From Myxococcota bacterium (GTDB lineage Bacteria > Myxococcota_A > UBA796 > SXON01): DNA of 64,000 nt. Numbering within the stretch: position 1 is the first letter of the stretch; each line of letters starts with the position of its first letter. The notes beneath the pieces were generated by a model. That model made no database searches and was not told where the DNA came from. It saw nothing but the letters and a program-made list of their open reading frames with translations. The DNA is taken from positions 64,001 to 128,000 of the forward strand of contig JAZKFH010000024.1 of NCBI GenBank assembly GCA_040386535.1, in the 5' to 3' direction. The translations under genes were made by a program, and so were the position numbers. Below, one piece after another: positions 42,607 through 51,514 of the stretch.

Positions 42607-45225
42607 CTAGGGACAGTCATAGTTGGCGGCGCCGGGCGTGCCGTACTCGACCGCGGTGGCGCTCGCGTAGTACCAGCGGTACGCGCTGGTGTTGGTGGTC
42701 GAGCACCAGTGCGTCAGGTCGTCGTTGTCGGTCCCGTCGAGGAAGGCGGGGTCGAGCGAGAGCGAGCGCTGCGCGTCGCGCGGCCAGTAGCCGTCCGTCG
42801 CGTCGTAGGTCCAGTGCACGTCGTCCACGAGCGTGCCCGTGGTCGTGTCCCCGTCGATCCACACGGAGAGGGTGTCCTCGTCGCGTTGGAGGCTGAACGT
42901 GTTGTCGTGGTAGGTGCCCTCGTAGGTCGAGGCGCGGGAGGCGTCCCCCCACGTGTAGTCGCACACCAACGTGCTCGAAGCGGTCGAGGCGGCGGTGTAG
43001 GTCGTCGTCTTGCAGAACACCGCGTAGTCGCCCGCGCCGAGCACCACGCTGTCGGCGGGGTCGACGTAGAAGCTGTCCCGCACACCGACGCCCGCGTAGC
43101 GGGACACGTACCAATTGGACAGGTCGATGTCGCGGTCGGAGTTGTTGTAGAGCTCGAACCACGCGCCGTTGGTGTTGGTCGCGGCGGCGCCGAAGCGCGG
43201 CTGACGTGTCACCTCGCTGACGATGATGTCGCCCAGGCCGACGAAGTCCTCGTCGACGAAGCCGTCGCAGTCGTTGTCGGCCAGGTCGTCGGCCTCGGGC
43301 GCCGCGGGGAAGCTGGTGCCGTCGGTGTCGTCGCAGTCCGTCGCGTCGTTCGCGTAGCCAACCGGCAGGTCGCAGGCGCTGGTCGTGGCGGTCGAGACGC
43401 CGTGCCCGTCCCCGTCCGCGTCGATGTACCAGGTGGTCTCGCCGATCGCGCCGGACTCGTCCGCGGCGCCGTCGCAGTCGTCGTCGCGATCGTTGCAGGA
43501 CTCGGCGGCGCCGGGGTTGACCGCCCCGAGGCTGTCGTCACAATCGTCCGCCGAGGCCGTGAAGCCCGAGGGCGCCGCGCACGCCGAGAGGCTGGTGGCG
43601 GCGGTGCCGTAGCCGTCGGCGTCCGTGTCCGCGTACCAGGTGGCGGCGTCGGCCGCAGCGTCCTCGTCCACCGTGCCGTCGCAGTTGTTGTCGGCGGTGT
43701 CACACACCTCGACGCCGGCGGGGTTGTTGGTCGCGCTCGCGTCGTCACAATCGTCGGCATTGGTGACATACCCGCGCACGCTGCGGCACGAGGCGGTCGT
43801 GACCGCGGGATCACCGTACCCGTCGGTGTCCGCGTCGGCGAAGTAGCTCGTCGCGTCCGCCGCATCGTCGTCCGCGACGGCGTCACAATCGTCGTCCAGG
43901 CCGTTGCAGGTCTCGATCGCGTCGGGATGCACGAGCGAGTTGGCATCGTCGCAGTCGTCCCCCGTCTCGGCGTAGCCGGCGGGGAGGCCGCAGGACGAGA
44001 CCGACAGGTCGGCGTCGCCGTAGCCGTCGGAGTCCGCGTCGTCATAGTAGGTGCGCTCGTCGAGCGCGCCGTCGTCGATGGCGCCGTCGCAATCGTTGTC
44101 CTCGAGGTCACACACCTCGTTCGCCCCCACGAACGTGAGCGCGTCCGCGTCGTCGCAGTCGGTCGCGTCGTCGACGTAGCCCTCGGGCTGCGCGCACGCG
44201 GAGGTCGACACCGCCTCGTCGCCGAAGCCGTCCGCGTCGGCATCGACATACCACTCGGTGAAGGCGAGGCCGTCGTCCGCGGCGGTGGAGCAGTCGTTGT
44301 CCAGCCCGTCGCAGATCTCGACCGCGGCGGGGTTCACGGCGGCGGACGTGTCGTCACAGTCGGTGAAGTCCTCGATCCGCCCCTCGATCGGGTCACACGA
44401 GCGCACCGCGGTCGTGATGTCGCCGAATCCGTCCGCGTCCGCGTCCACGTAGTACGCGGTCCCGTCCACAGGGTCGTTCGCGACGTTTCCATCGCAGTCC
44501 CGATCCAACTCGTCACACAATTCGTCGGCGGCGGGGTTCACGTCGGCCGCGGCGTCGTCGCAGTCGGTCGCGTCGGCCACGAAGCCGTCGGGGGTGCGGC
44601 ACGAGAGGACCGACTCGGCGGCGCTCCCGAAGCCGTCGGCATCGGCGTCCCGGTAGTAGGGCACCTCGTCCGGGCTGCCCTCGTTGACCGCGCCGTCACA
44701 GTCGTTGTCGAGGTCGTCACAAATCTCGTCCGCGCCCGGGTACACGGTGGCCTGGGCGTCGTCACAATCGTCGTCCACGGGGGCGTAGCCGTCGGGGAGC
44801 ACGCCACAGTAGGTGGTCTCGGCGCCGGGGGCCCCGTAGCCGTCGAGGTCGGCGTCGAGATACGCGATCTCGCCGTCGGTCGCGCCGATGTCGACCAGGC
44901 CGTCACAATCGTTGTCCGCCTCGTCGCAGACCTCGGTCCCGTCGGGGTTGATCGTGGCATCCCGATCGTCGCAGTCATCACCCACGACGAAGCCGTCGAG
45001 GTCCTGGTCGGTGTCGTTGCCGTCGCAATTCTGGTCGATGCCGTCGTACCAGGTCTCGGCGATGTCCGGGTTGACCAGCTCGTCCCCGTCGTCGCAATCG
45101 CCTCCGGCCACGGTGAAGCCGTCCTGATCCGTGTCGTCGGTGGATGCCGCGCCCGTGTCGTCCGCGCCCTTGTCCGTGCAGGCGACGATGAACAGGGCGA
45201 ACAACGAGAGGGTCAGCGTCTTCAT
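42607..45225 (-). CDS. Tandem paralog: lipoprotein with ~10 DCDD repeats and lamin-tail-like domain
   Basis: True start is ATG 45225 (MKTLTLSLFALFIVAC). Same architecture as 39902-42529. Confidence 0.88.
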   Translation of the reverse strand: MKTLTLSLFALFIVACTDKGADDTGAASTDDTDQDGFTVAGGDCDDGDELVNPDIAETWYDGIDQNCDGNDTDQDLDGFVVGDDCDDRDATINPDGTEVCDEADNDCDGLVDIGATDGEIAYLDADLDGYGAPGAETTYCGVLPDGYAPVDDDCDDAQATVYPGADEICDDLDNDCDGAVNEGSPDEVPYYRDADADGFGSAAESVLSCRTPDGFVADATDCDDAAADVNPAADELCDELDRDCDGNVANDPVDGTAYYVDADADGFGDITTAVRSCDPIEGRIEDFTDCDDTSAAVNPAAVEICDGLDNDCSTAADDGLAFTEWYVDADADGFGDEAVSTSACAQPEGYVDDATDCDDADALTFVGANEVCDLEDNDCDGAIDDGALDERTYYDDADSDGYGDADLSVSSCGLPAGYAETGDDCDDANSLVHPDAIETCNGLDDDCDAVADDDAADATSYFADADTDGYGDPAVTTASCRSVRGYVTNADDCDDASATNNPAGVEVCDTADNNCDGTVDEDAAADAATWYADTDADGYGTAATSLSACAAPSGFTASADDCDDSLGAVNPGAAESCNDRDDDCDGAADESGAIGETTWYIDADGDGHGVSTATTSACDLPVGYANDATDCDDTDGTSFPAAPEADDLADNDCDGFVDEDFVGLGDIIVSEVTRQPRFGAAATNTNGAWFELYNNSDRDIDLSNWYVSRYAGVGVRDSFYVDPADSVVLGAGDYAVFCKTTTYTAASTASSTLVCDYTWGDASRASTYEGTYHDNTFSLQRDEDTLSVWIDGDTTTGTLVDDVHWTYDATDGYWPRDAQRSLSLDPAFLDGTDNDDLTHWCSTTNTSAYRWYYASATAVEYGTPGAANYDCP

Positions 45226-45281
45226 GGTGCCTGGGGGCGAGGGCGGCCACCATAGCAGAAGCCCGCGGACCGTGGAACCAA

Positions 45282-45833
45282 TCAACCAATCCGATCGCCA
45301 CCCCGCGCGAAGAGCGGATGTGCCAGAAGATGGATCCACCCGTAGTGCAGGCCCGCCGCGGTGCCGAACAGGCCGGTGAGCACGGTGGGGACGAGCGCGT
45401 CGCCATCGAGCAGGACCGTGACCACGGACACCGCGAGGAGCACGGCGGTGACACGCCCGAGCAGGCTGGTGCGGGGCGCGGGCCCCCGCCCCGTGCGGAA
45501 GTTGTGCATCAGCACGGGGTGCATCACGACTTGGATGAGCTCGCGGCTGAACCACGCGAGCATCCACCAATCCGGCATGCGATCGAGCACCGCGAGGGTC
45601 CACCCGAGGTTGACGTGGAGGGTCTTGTCCACCCACCCGTCGAACGCCGCGCCGGCGGCCGAGGCGGTGCCCGTGCGGCGCGCCACCGCGCCGTCGACCA
45701 CGTCCGTGAGCAGCGCGAACAGGTACACCCAGAGGCCCCACTGCGTCGGGACCACGAAGGGCATGGCGGCGGCGAGGAGGAGCCGGGAGAACGTCAGCGC
45801 GCCCGCGACGTTGAGGAGCTGGCGCAGCTGCAT
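45282..45833 (-). CDS. CDP-alcohol phosphatidyltransferase family protein
   Basis: LTFSR, TDVVDGAVARR....AGAAFDGWVDK. Confidence 0.85.
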   Translation of the reverse strand: MQLRQLLNVAGALTFSRLLLAAAMPFVVPTQWGLWVYLFALLTDVVDGAVARRTGTASAAGAAFDGWVDKTLHVNLGWTLAVLDRMPDWWMLAWFSRELIQVVMHPVLMHNFRTGRGPAPRTSLLGRVTAVLLAVSVVTVLLDGDALVPTVLTGLFGTAAGLHYGWIHLLAHPLFARGGDRIG

Positions 45834-45882
45834 GGGCCCCGATCCCTACCCCGTGCGCCTCCGCCCCGCGTAGAATGTGACG

Positions 45883-48474
45883 ATGCTGTTGCACCTCCTC
45901 GCGTGCGCCGACAAGACGCTCGACGACACTGCGCCCGTCCCTCCCGATCTGACCGAACGCCTGGCCGCCGACGAGGTGCGCGCGGGCGTGATCACCGACG
46001 TGGCGTCGCTCTTCGGCGGCATCTCCGCGGAGGGCGCGGTCGGCGACATCAAGCTCTACAACGACCGCGTCCAGTTCGTGATCGAGGCCGTCGGCGACAG
46101 CGGCTACTACGTCGAGTACGGCGGCGGCCTGATCGACGCGGACATCGTGCGCGCCGAGGGCGTGCCCGGCCGCGACATGGTCGACGAGATCACGCCGATG
46201 GTGGGGCTCGGCCGCGTCGTGAACGCCACGAGCGTCACCGTGCTGCAGGACGGCGCGAGCGGCGAGGCCGTGGTGCGCGTCGAGGGCCCCGCCGCGCCGA
46301 TGCAGCTCATCACGGGCGCGCTGGAGAGCCCCTCGGTGGTGCCCGACCTCGATCTGCGCGTCCGGACCGACTACACGCTCGCCCCGCGCGCGTGGACGCT
46401 GAAGGCCACCACCACGGTGTGGAGCGACGAAGGCGAGCCGGTCGACCTGTACGTCGGCCAGGTGGCGCTGATGGCGTCGGACGTGTCCGAGGCGTGGCGC
46501 CCCGGGGACGGCCGGGAGGACGCCTCGGGCGACGACGTCGACGTGGTCGGCGCCGTGGGCCTGAAGAACGAGGTCGCGTTCGTGCTGGCGGGGGACGGCG
46601 CGCCGCTCGAGAGCGGGACCGTCGGCCGCCTCCTCGGCGCGATCACGCCCGCGCTCGTCGGCTTCGGCCCCAGCACGACGCTGCCCCCGGGTGAGTCGAT
46701 GACCTGGTCCAGCTGGCTCGGCGTCGGCCCGGACATCGCCACGCTGACCGCGGAGAACCTCGGCCGCGGCACCGTGGCGACCCAGACCGTCGCCGGCACG
46801 GTCACCGCCGGCGGAGCCCCCGTGGCGGGCGCCCGCGTGCACGTCCTCGACGGCGCCGGCGCCCCGATCACCCTCGCCTTCACCGACACCGCGGGCGCCT
46901 GGAGCGCCACGGTGCCCGCCGGCCCGGTCTCCTTCGTGGCCTCTGGGCGCGGAAGCTCCCTCCAGATCGATCTCCCCGCGGGCGCGGGGTGGTACTCCCC
47001 CTACGACGCCGATCCCACCGTCACCCTCGCCTCGCTCGCCTCGGGCGCCGAGGGCCCGGCGTTCGCCGAGGGCTACGGCTTCTCCGCGGCGAGCACCGAT
47101 CCCGATCTCGTCCTCGTCGAGCCCGGCACGTTGCTGGTGACCGTGGCGGACGGAGGCTCCGCGGTCGTGTACGCGGCGTACCCGACGGGTGATGCCGTCG
47201 TGGCCGACGCGCGGCTCGTGCCCGGCCGGCCCAGCGGCCATGCCGCCATCGGCTTCATCCGCGACGGCGAGCTGGGCCTGCGTCTGGAGCCGGGCACCTA
47301 CGACGTGGTCGTGTACCGCGGCGCGCGCGACGAGCTGGTGCGTGCCTCCGTCACCATCGCGAGCGGCGAGACCGTTCCGCTCACCGCCGACATCGTGCCC
47401 GCCTACACGCTCGACGGCGTCATCACCATCGATCCGCACAGCCACGCCTCGCCCAGCAGCGACGCGAGCATCAGCATGGCCGACCGTCTGATCGTGACGG
47501 CCGCCAACGGGGTCGACGTGCACGTCGGCACCGATCACGACCACACGGTCGACTACCGCCCGCTCCTCGCGCCGCTCGGGCTCGACGGGCGCCTCGTGAG
47601 CGTCGTCGCGACCGAGGTGAGCCCGGTCCTGCGCGGGCACTTCAACACGTGGCCCGGCACGGTCACGCCGGGCGCCACGAACGGCGGCGCGCCGCGGTGG
47701 TGGTTCGGGTACGTCGACACCGCCGAGATCTTCGGGTGGATGCGCACGATGGTGGGCGAGGAGGGCATCGTCCAGGCGAACCACCCCGTCGGCTCGAGCG
47801 GGATGTTCACGCTCGCGGGCTACGACGGCAACGGCAGCGTGAACACGCCCGACCACTGGTCCGACGACTTCGACGCGATGGAGCTCCTCAACGACGGGGA
47901 CTGGGAGGACAACCTCCCCTACTACCTCGACCTCGTCTCCCGCGGCCGCGTCGTCACCCCCGTGGGCGTGAGCGACTCGCACGCGCACATGTCCGGCGGC
48001 GTGGGCCTGAACCTGACGTTCCTCAACACGGGGACGCCCCTCGCCGGCATCGACGACGATCTCCTCCGCGCCACCATGCACGCGCGCGGCACCGTCGTGA
48101 GCCACGGTCCGTACATCGACGCGCGGATCGGCGGGGAGTGGGCGCCGGGCGCCACCGTCTCGTCCGGGAGCGTCCTGACGGTCGACGTGCGCGCGCCGAG
48201 CTGGATGCCCGTCGAGACCCTCACCCTCTACGAGGACGGCGTGCCCGTCGCGACCGAGGCCTGCCTGGGCGCGGCGCCGACGCCGTGCTCCGCGTCGTGG
48301 CCGCTGGCGCCCGCGGCCGACGCGTTCTACGTCGTGATCGCGGCAAGCACGACCCTCGCGATGGAAGGCGCCCACGCCGGCAACCTCGCGTGGGCGGCCA
48401 CCGCGGCCACCTTCGTGGACGTGGACGGCGACGGGTGGACCCCGCCGCGCGCGCCCATCGAGATCGGCGGATAG
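45883..48474 (+). CDS. CehA/McbA-type PHP-domain metallohydrolase lipoprotein
   Basis: LLAC lipobox; carboxypeptidase-regulatory-like GARV domain; DPHSH..PSSD, TDHD, TEVS...GHFN, NHP, SDSH. Start 45883 (or 45877). Confidence 0.82.
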   Translation: MLLHLLACADKTLDDTAPVPPDLTERLAADEVRAGVITDVASLFGGISAEGAVGDIKLYNDRVQFVIEAVGDSGYYVEYGGGLIDADIVRAEGVPGRDMVDEITPMVGLGRVVNATSVTVLQDGASGEAVVRVEGPAAPMQLITGALESPSVVPDLDLRVRTDYTLAPRAWTLKATTTVWSDEGEPVDLYVGQVALMASDVSEAWRPGDGREDASGDDVDVVGAVGLKNEVAFVLAGDGAPLESGTVGRLLGAITPALVGFGPSTTLPPGESMTWSSWLGVGPDIATLTAENLGRGTVATQTVAGTVTAGGAPVAGARVHVLDGAGAPITLAFTDTAGAWSATVPAGPVSFVASGRGSSLQIDLPAGAGWYSPYDADPTVTLASLASGAEGPAFAEGYGFSAASTDPDLVLVEPGTLLVTVADGGSAVVYAAYPTGDAVVADARLVPGRPSGHAAIGFIRDGELGLRLEPGTYDVVVYRGARDELVRASVTIASGETVPLTADIVPAYTLDGVITIDPHSHASPSSDASISMADRLIVTAANGVDVHVGTDHDHTVDYRPLLAPLGLDGRLVSVVATEVSPVLRGHFNTWPGTVTPGATNGGAPRWWFGYVDTAEIFGWMRTMVGEEGIVQANHPVGSSGMFTLAGYDGNGSVNTPDHWSDDFDAMELLNDGDWEDNLPYYLDLVSRGRVVTPVGVSDSHAHMSGGVGLNLTFLNTGTPLAGIDDDLLRATMHARGTVVSHGPYIDARIGGEWAPGATVSSGSVLTVDVRAPSWMPVETLTLYEDGVPVATEACLGAAPTPCSASWPLAPAADAFYVVIAASTTLAMEGAHAGNLAWAATAATFVDVDGDGWTPPRAPIEIGG

Positions 48475-48525
48475 TGTCCCCGCTTCCCGTCCGCCCCCGA
48501 TAGAACGGCGTCCCCCGGAGTTCCC

Positions 48526-49077
48526 ATGGGTCTCATCCGCTCCCTCGCGAAGAAGGTCATCGGCAAGGTGGCCGGCCGCGCCGACACCGACGCCGGCCCC
48601 CGGGCGTCCACGCCGTCGTCGACCGGATCGGCCGCCGCGCCGTCGGACCGGAACGCGCCGCTGGGCTCGGGCCCCACCCTTGTCCGCGCGCACGACCAGG
48701 TCGCGGTCGCCGGGGACGAGGAGCCCGTGGTCGAGAACGCCGAGGCGCTCTCGATGATCGAGTGCTCCGCGCAGGAGATCAAGGAGCGGCTCGACGCCGG
48801 CGAGCCCGTCACCGTGCTCGACGTGCGCGAGCCCTCGGAGACCGCGGGCGGCATCATCCCCGGCGCGCTGCTCATCCCCCTCGGGCAGCTCCGCGCCCGC
48901 TGGGAAGAGGTCAAGGACGCCAACGAGATCGTCTGCTACTGCGCCGCGGGCGCCCGCTCGCTCCAGGCGGCCCACTTCCTCCGCGAGAAGGGGCTGTTCA
49001 ACGCCACGAGCCTCGACGGGGGCATCTCGGGGTGGATGGAGATCGGCGGCAAGATCAAGCGGCCTTCCCTCCCGTGA
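48526..49077 (+). CDS. Rhodanese-domain protein
   Basis: LDVREP.E...GIIPGA..IPLG, YCAAGARS, LDGGI..W. Confidence 0.9.
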   Translation: MGLIRSLAKKVIGKVAGRADTDAGPRASTPSSTGSAAAPSDRNAPLGSGPTLVRAHDQVAVAGDEEPVVENAEALSMIECSAQEIKERLDAGEPVTVLDVREPSETAGGIIPGALLIPLGQLRARWEEVKDANEIVCYCAAGARSLQAAHFLREKGLFNATSLDGGISGWMEIGGKIKRPSLP

Positions 49078-49862
49078 CCGCTCCCGAGCGCGCGCCGGAG
49101 CTGGTGGTCGTCGGGCCGGGGCGCGTCGGGAGCGCCTTTGTGCGCGCCGCCGAGAAGGCGGGGATCGCCACGGTCGCCGTGGGGCGCGCCGATCAGACCG
49201 CCCTCACGACGTCCCACCCCGGCGTCCCCATCGTCGTGTGCACGCGCGCCGACGATCTCGCGGCGGTCATCGCGGCGACCGCGCCCGAGAACCGCGCCGA
49301 CCTGGTGTTCGTCCAGAACGGGATGATCCGGCCCCTCCTCACGGCCCACGGCCTCGCCGAGAACACCCAGGGGCTCGTGTACTTCGCGGCCACCTCGCGC
49401 ACCGCTCCGGTCGAGCCCGGCGCGCCCAGCCTGTTCTGGGGGCCGCACGCCGCCGCGATCGTGGCGATGCTCGCCGCCGACCGCATCCCCGCCCGCGTCG
49501 TGACCGATCGCGACGAGTTCGCGCGCGAGATCGGCGCCAAGCTCGCGTGGAACGTGATCTTCGGCCTGCTCGGCCAGCGCTTCGACCAGCCGGTCGGCGA
49601 GACCGTGCGCCGCCGCCGCCCGGAGGTGGTCGCGCTCGCGAAGGAGATCGTGCCGGTGCTCGCGCGCGCGCTCGACACGCCGATCCCGGTCCGCCCCCTC
49701 GTGGAGGGGCTGCTGGCCTACTCCGCGCGCATCCCGACCTTCCGCGCCACGGTGAAGGAGCTCGCCTGGCGCAACGGCTGGGTGGCGGGGGCCGCGCGGA
49801 GTTTCGGCCTCGCGACGCCGCTGCACGACAAGCTGCTCCGCGAGACCGAGCGCCCGCCGTAA
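49074..49862 (+). CDS. Ketopantoate-reductase-like Rossmann-fold protein
   Basis: VVVGPGRVG, VCTRADDL, LVFVQNG, KLAWN; GTG overlaps the rhodanese stop. Confidence 0.7.
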   Translation: MTAPERAPELVVVGPGRVGSAFVRAAEKAGIATVAVGRADQTALTTSHPGVPIVVCTRADDLAAVIAATAPENRADLVFVQNGMIRPLLTAHGLAENTQGLVYFAATSRTAPVEPGAPSLFWGPHAAAIVAMLAADRIPARVVTDRDEFAREIGAKLAWNVIFGLLGQRFDQPVGETVRRRRPEVVALAKEIVPVLARALDTPIPVRPLVEGLLAYSARIPTFRATVKELAWRNGWVAGAARSFGLATPLHDKLLRETERPP

Positions 49863-49899
49863 GTCAGGAGACGGTCGCGCCGTAAGTCAGGAGACGGTC
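49855..49899. repeat. Exact 22-bp direct repeat (x2, 23-bp period)
   Basis: cgccgtaagtcaggagacggtc at 49855-49876 and 49878-49899. Confidence 0.9.
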
Positions 49900-49942
49900 C
49901 AGGCCGAGGTCGACCGCGAGGTGGTGCGCTATACTCCGCGCC

Positions 49943-51505
49943 GTGCGCCCCATCCGCGAACGCCTCCTCCGCAAGGGCGACTACGTCCACGGCTCGTTCT
50001 TCAAGCCGGAACAAGTCGATGGCTACATCAACGCCGTGAACCCCGGTGACAGGACCGACGTCCTCGGTCGGTTCCCCTTCTCCACCCGTAGCGTCGACGA
50101 CGCGATCGAGTTCGCCACCGTCGGCGCCACGCGCTGGCGCCGGGTCGGGCTCAACGATCGCGCCGCGGCCCTCCGCCGCTTCCGCGAGCAGCTGCACCAC
50201 GCGCAGGAGACGCTCGCGCGCCTCGTGACGCGCGAGAACGGCAAGCCGCTCTGGGAGGCGCGCCAGGAGGTGCAGTCGGCGATCCGCACGGTCGACATCT
50301 ACCTGGATGACGGTGTGGGCCTGCTCGCGCCGCGCATCGTCGAGGAGATCTCCGCGCGCACCGACTACGTGCCGCGTGGCGTCGTCGGCGTGGTGAGCCC
50401 CTACAACCTGCCCGTGCTGCTCGGCGTCGGCATGACCGCCGCCGCGGTGCTCGCGGGCAACGCGGTCATCATCAAGCCGAGCAAGTTCACGCCAGGCGTG
50501 GGCCAGCTCATCGCCGAGTTGTGGGACCGCGCGAAGCTGCCCCGCGGCGTCTTCAGCCTCGTGCACGGCTCCGGCAGCGTCATCGGGCAGCGGCTGGTCG
50601 GCCACGCCGGGCTCGACGCGCTCCTGTTCGCCGGCAGCTTCGAGAGCGCGCGGGACGTGCGGCGCGCCACGGCCGAGCGTCCCGAGCTGCCCGCCCTCTA
50701 CCAGTCCGGCGGCAAGGGCATCGCGCTCGTGTTGGACGACGCCGAGCTCGACCGCGCCGTGTACGAGGTGCTCGTCGGCGCCTTCATGTCGACCGGGCAG
50801 CGCCACAACTCGACCGCGCGAGTCTTCGTCACCGAGGGCATCTACGAGCGCTTCGCCGAGGAGCTCGTGCGCCGCGCCCAGCGTTTGCGCATCGGCTACG
50901 GCTTCGACAACGACGTGTTCATGGGCCCGCTCATCTCGGAGAACTTCCGGACGCGGTTCCGCAAGTATTGCCGGGCCGTCACGAGCAAGGGCCACACGGC
51001 GCTGCTCGAGGGGGACACGCACGAGGTGCAGGGGTACCGCGGCAACTACGCGAAGCCCGGCATCTACAAGGTGGACTGGCAGAACGGGAGCCCCTTCCTG
51101 AACGACGAGCCGCCCGGCCCCATCGCGCTCCTGTACGTGGTCAAGAACTGGGAGGAGGCCGTGAGCCTGCACAACCAGGCCACCTACCGCATGACCGCGA
51201 GCATCTTCACGCGGCCGCAGAACCCCGTGCTCCCCGAGCTGCGGGACGCGCTGCGCACCGGCTCGGTCAACGTGAACCGCGGCACCATCGGCCAGAGCCT
51301 CCGCCTCCCCTCGACCGGGCTCGGCCGCGCTGGGAACGGCGTGGCCGGCGGAATCGAGCTGTTGCGGGTGCTCACGGTGCCGCGCGGGAGCCTCTCGGAG
51401 ACCCGCCCGTTCGACGCGCAGAACCTCGTCCCGGGCGTGGCCTGGACCGATGAGGACGACGACGACTCCGATCTCGGAGGGGCGTTGGAGCTGGCCGTCG
51501 AATAG
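49943..51505 (+). CDS. Aldehyde dehydrogenase family protein (AstD/P5CDH-like), catalytic residues substituted
   Basis: ENGKPLWEA, SPYNLP, GNAVIIKPS, FAGS, GGK, GQR.., MGPLIS, GSVNVN. LYQSGGK and GQRHNS stand in place of LE(L/M)GG and GQRC. Confidence 0.88.
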   Translation: MRPIRERLLRKGDYVHGSFFKPEQVDGYINAVNPGDRTDVLGRFPFSTRSVDDAIEFATVGATRWRRVGLNDRAAALRRFREQLHHAQETLARLVTRENGKPLWEARQEVQSAIRTVDIYLDDGVGLLAPRIVEEISARTDYVPRGVVGVVSPYNLPVLLGVGMTAAAVLAGNAVIIKPSKFTPGVGQLIAELWDRAKLPRGVFSLVHGSGSVIGQRLVGHAGLDALLFAGSFESARDVRRATAERPELPALYQSGGKGIALVLDDAELDRAVYEVLVGAFMSTGQRHNSTARVFVTEGIYERFAEELVRRAQRLRIGYGFDNDVFMGPLISENFRTRFRKYCRAVTSKGHTALLEGDTHEVQGYRGNYAKPGIYKVDWQNGSPFLNDEPPGPIALLYVVKNWEEAVSLHNQATYRMTASIFTRPQNPVLPELRDALRTGSVNVNRGTIGQSLRLPSTGLGRAGNGVAGGIELLRVLTVPRGSLSETRPFDAQNLVPGVAWTDEDDDDSDLGGALELAVE

Positions 51506-51514
51506 ACGCTACCG

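Noticed and set aside
39902..43300. Diversity-generating retroelement (TR/VR) between the paralogous C-terminal domains
   Set aside because: Both copies are full genes diverged at all base types, and no reverse transcriptase is in the window.
42607..48975. 2122-aa minus-strand ORF as one giant protein
   Set aside because: Only 42607-45225 is a credible gene. The upstream part is an antisense or off-frame shadow of real genes, as expected at high GC.
49943..51505. Calling the ALDH a pseudogene
   Set aside because: The frame is full length with normal codon bias and a candidate promoter; only specific catalytic residues differ.
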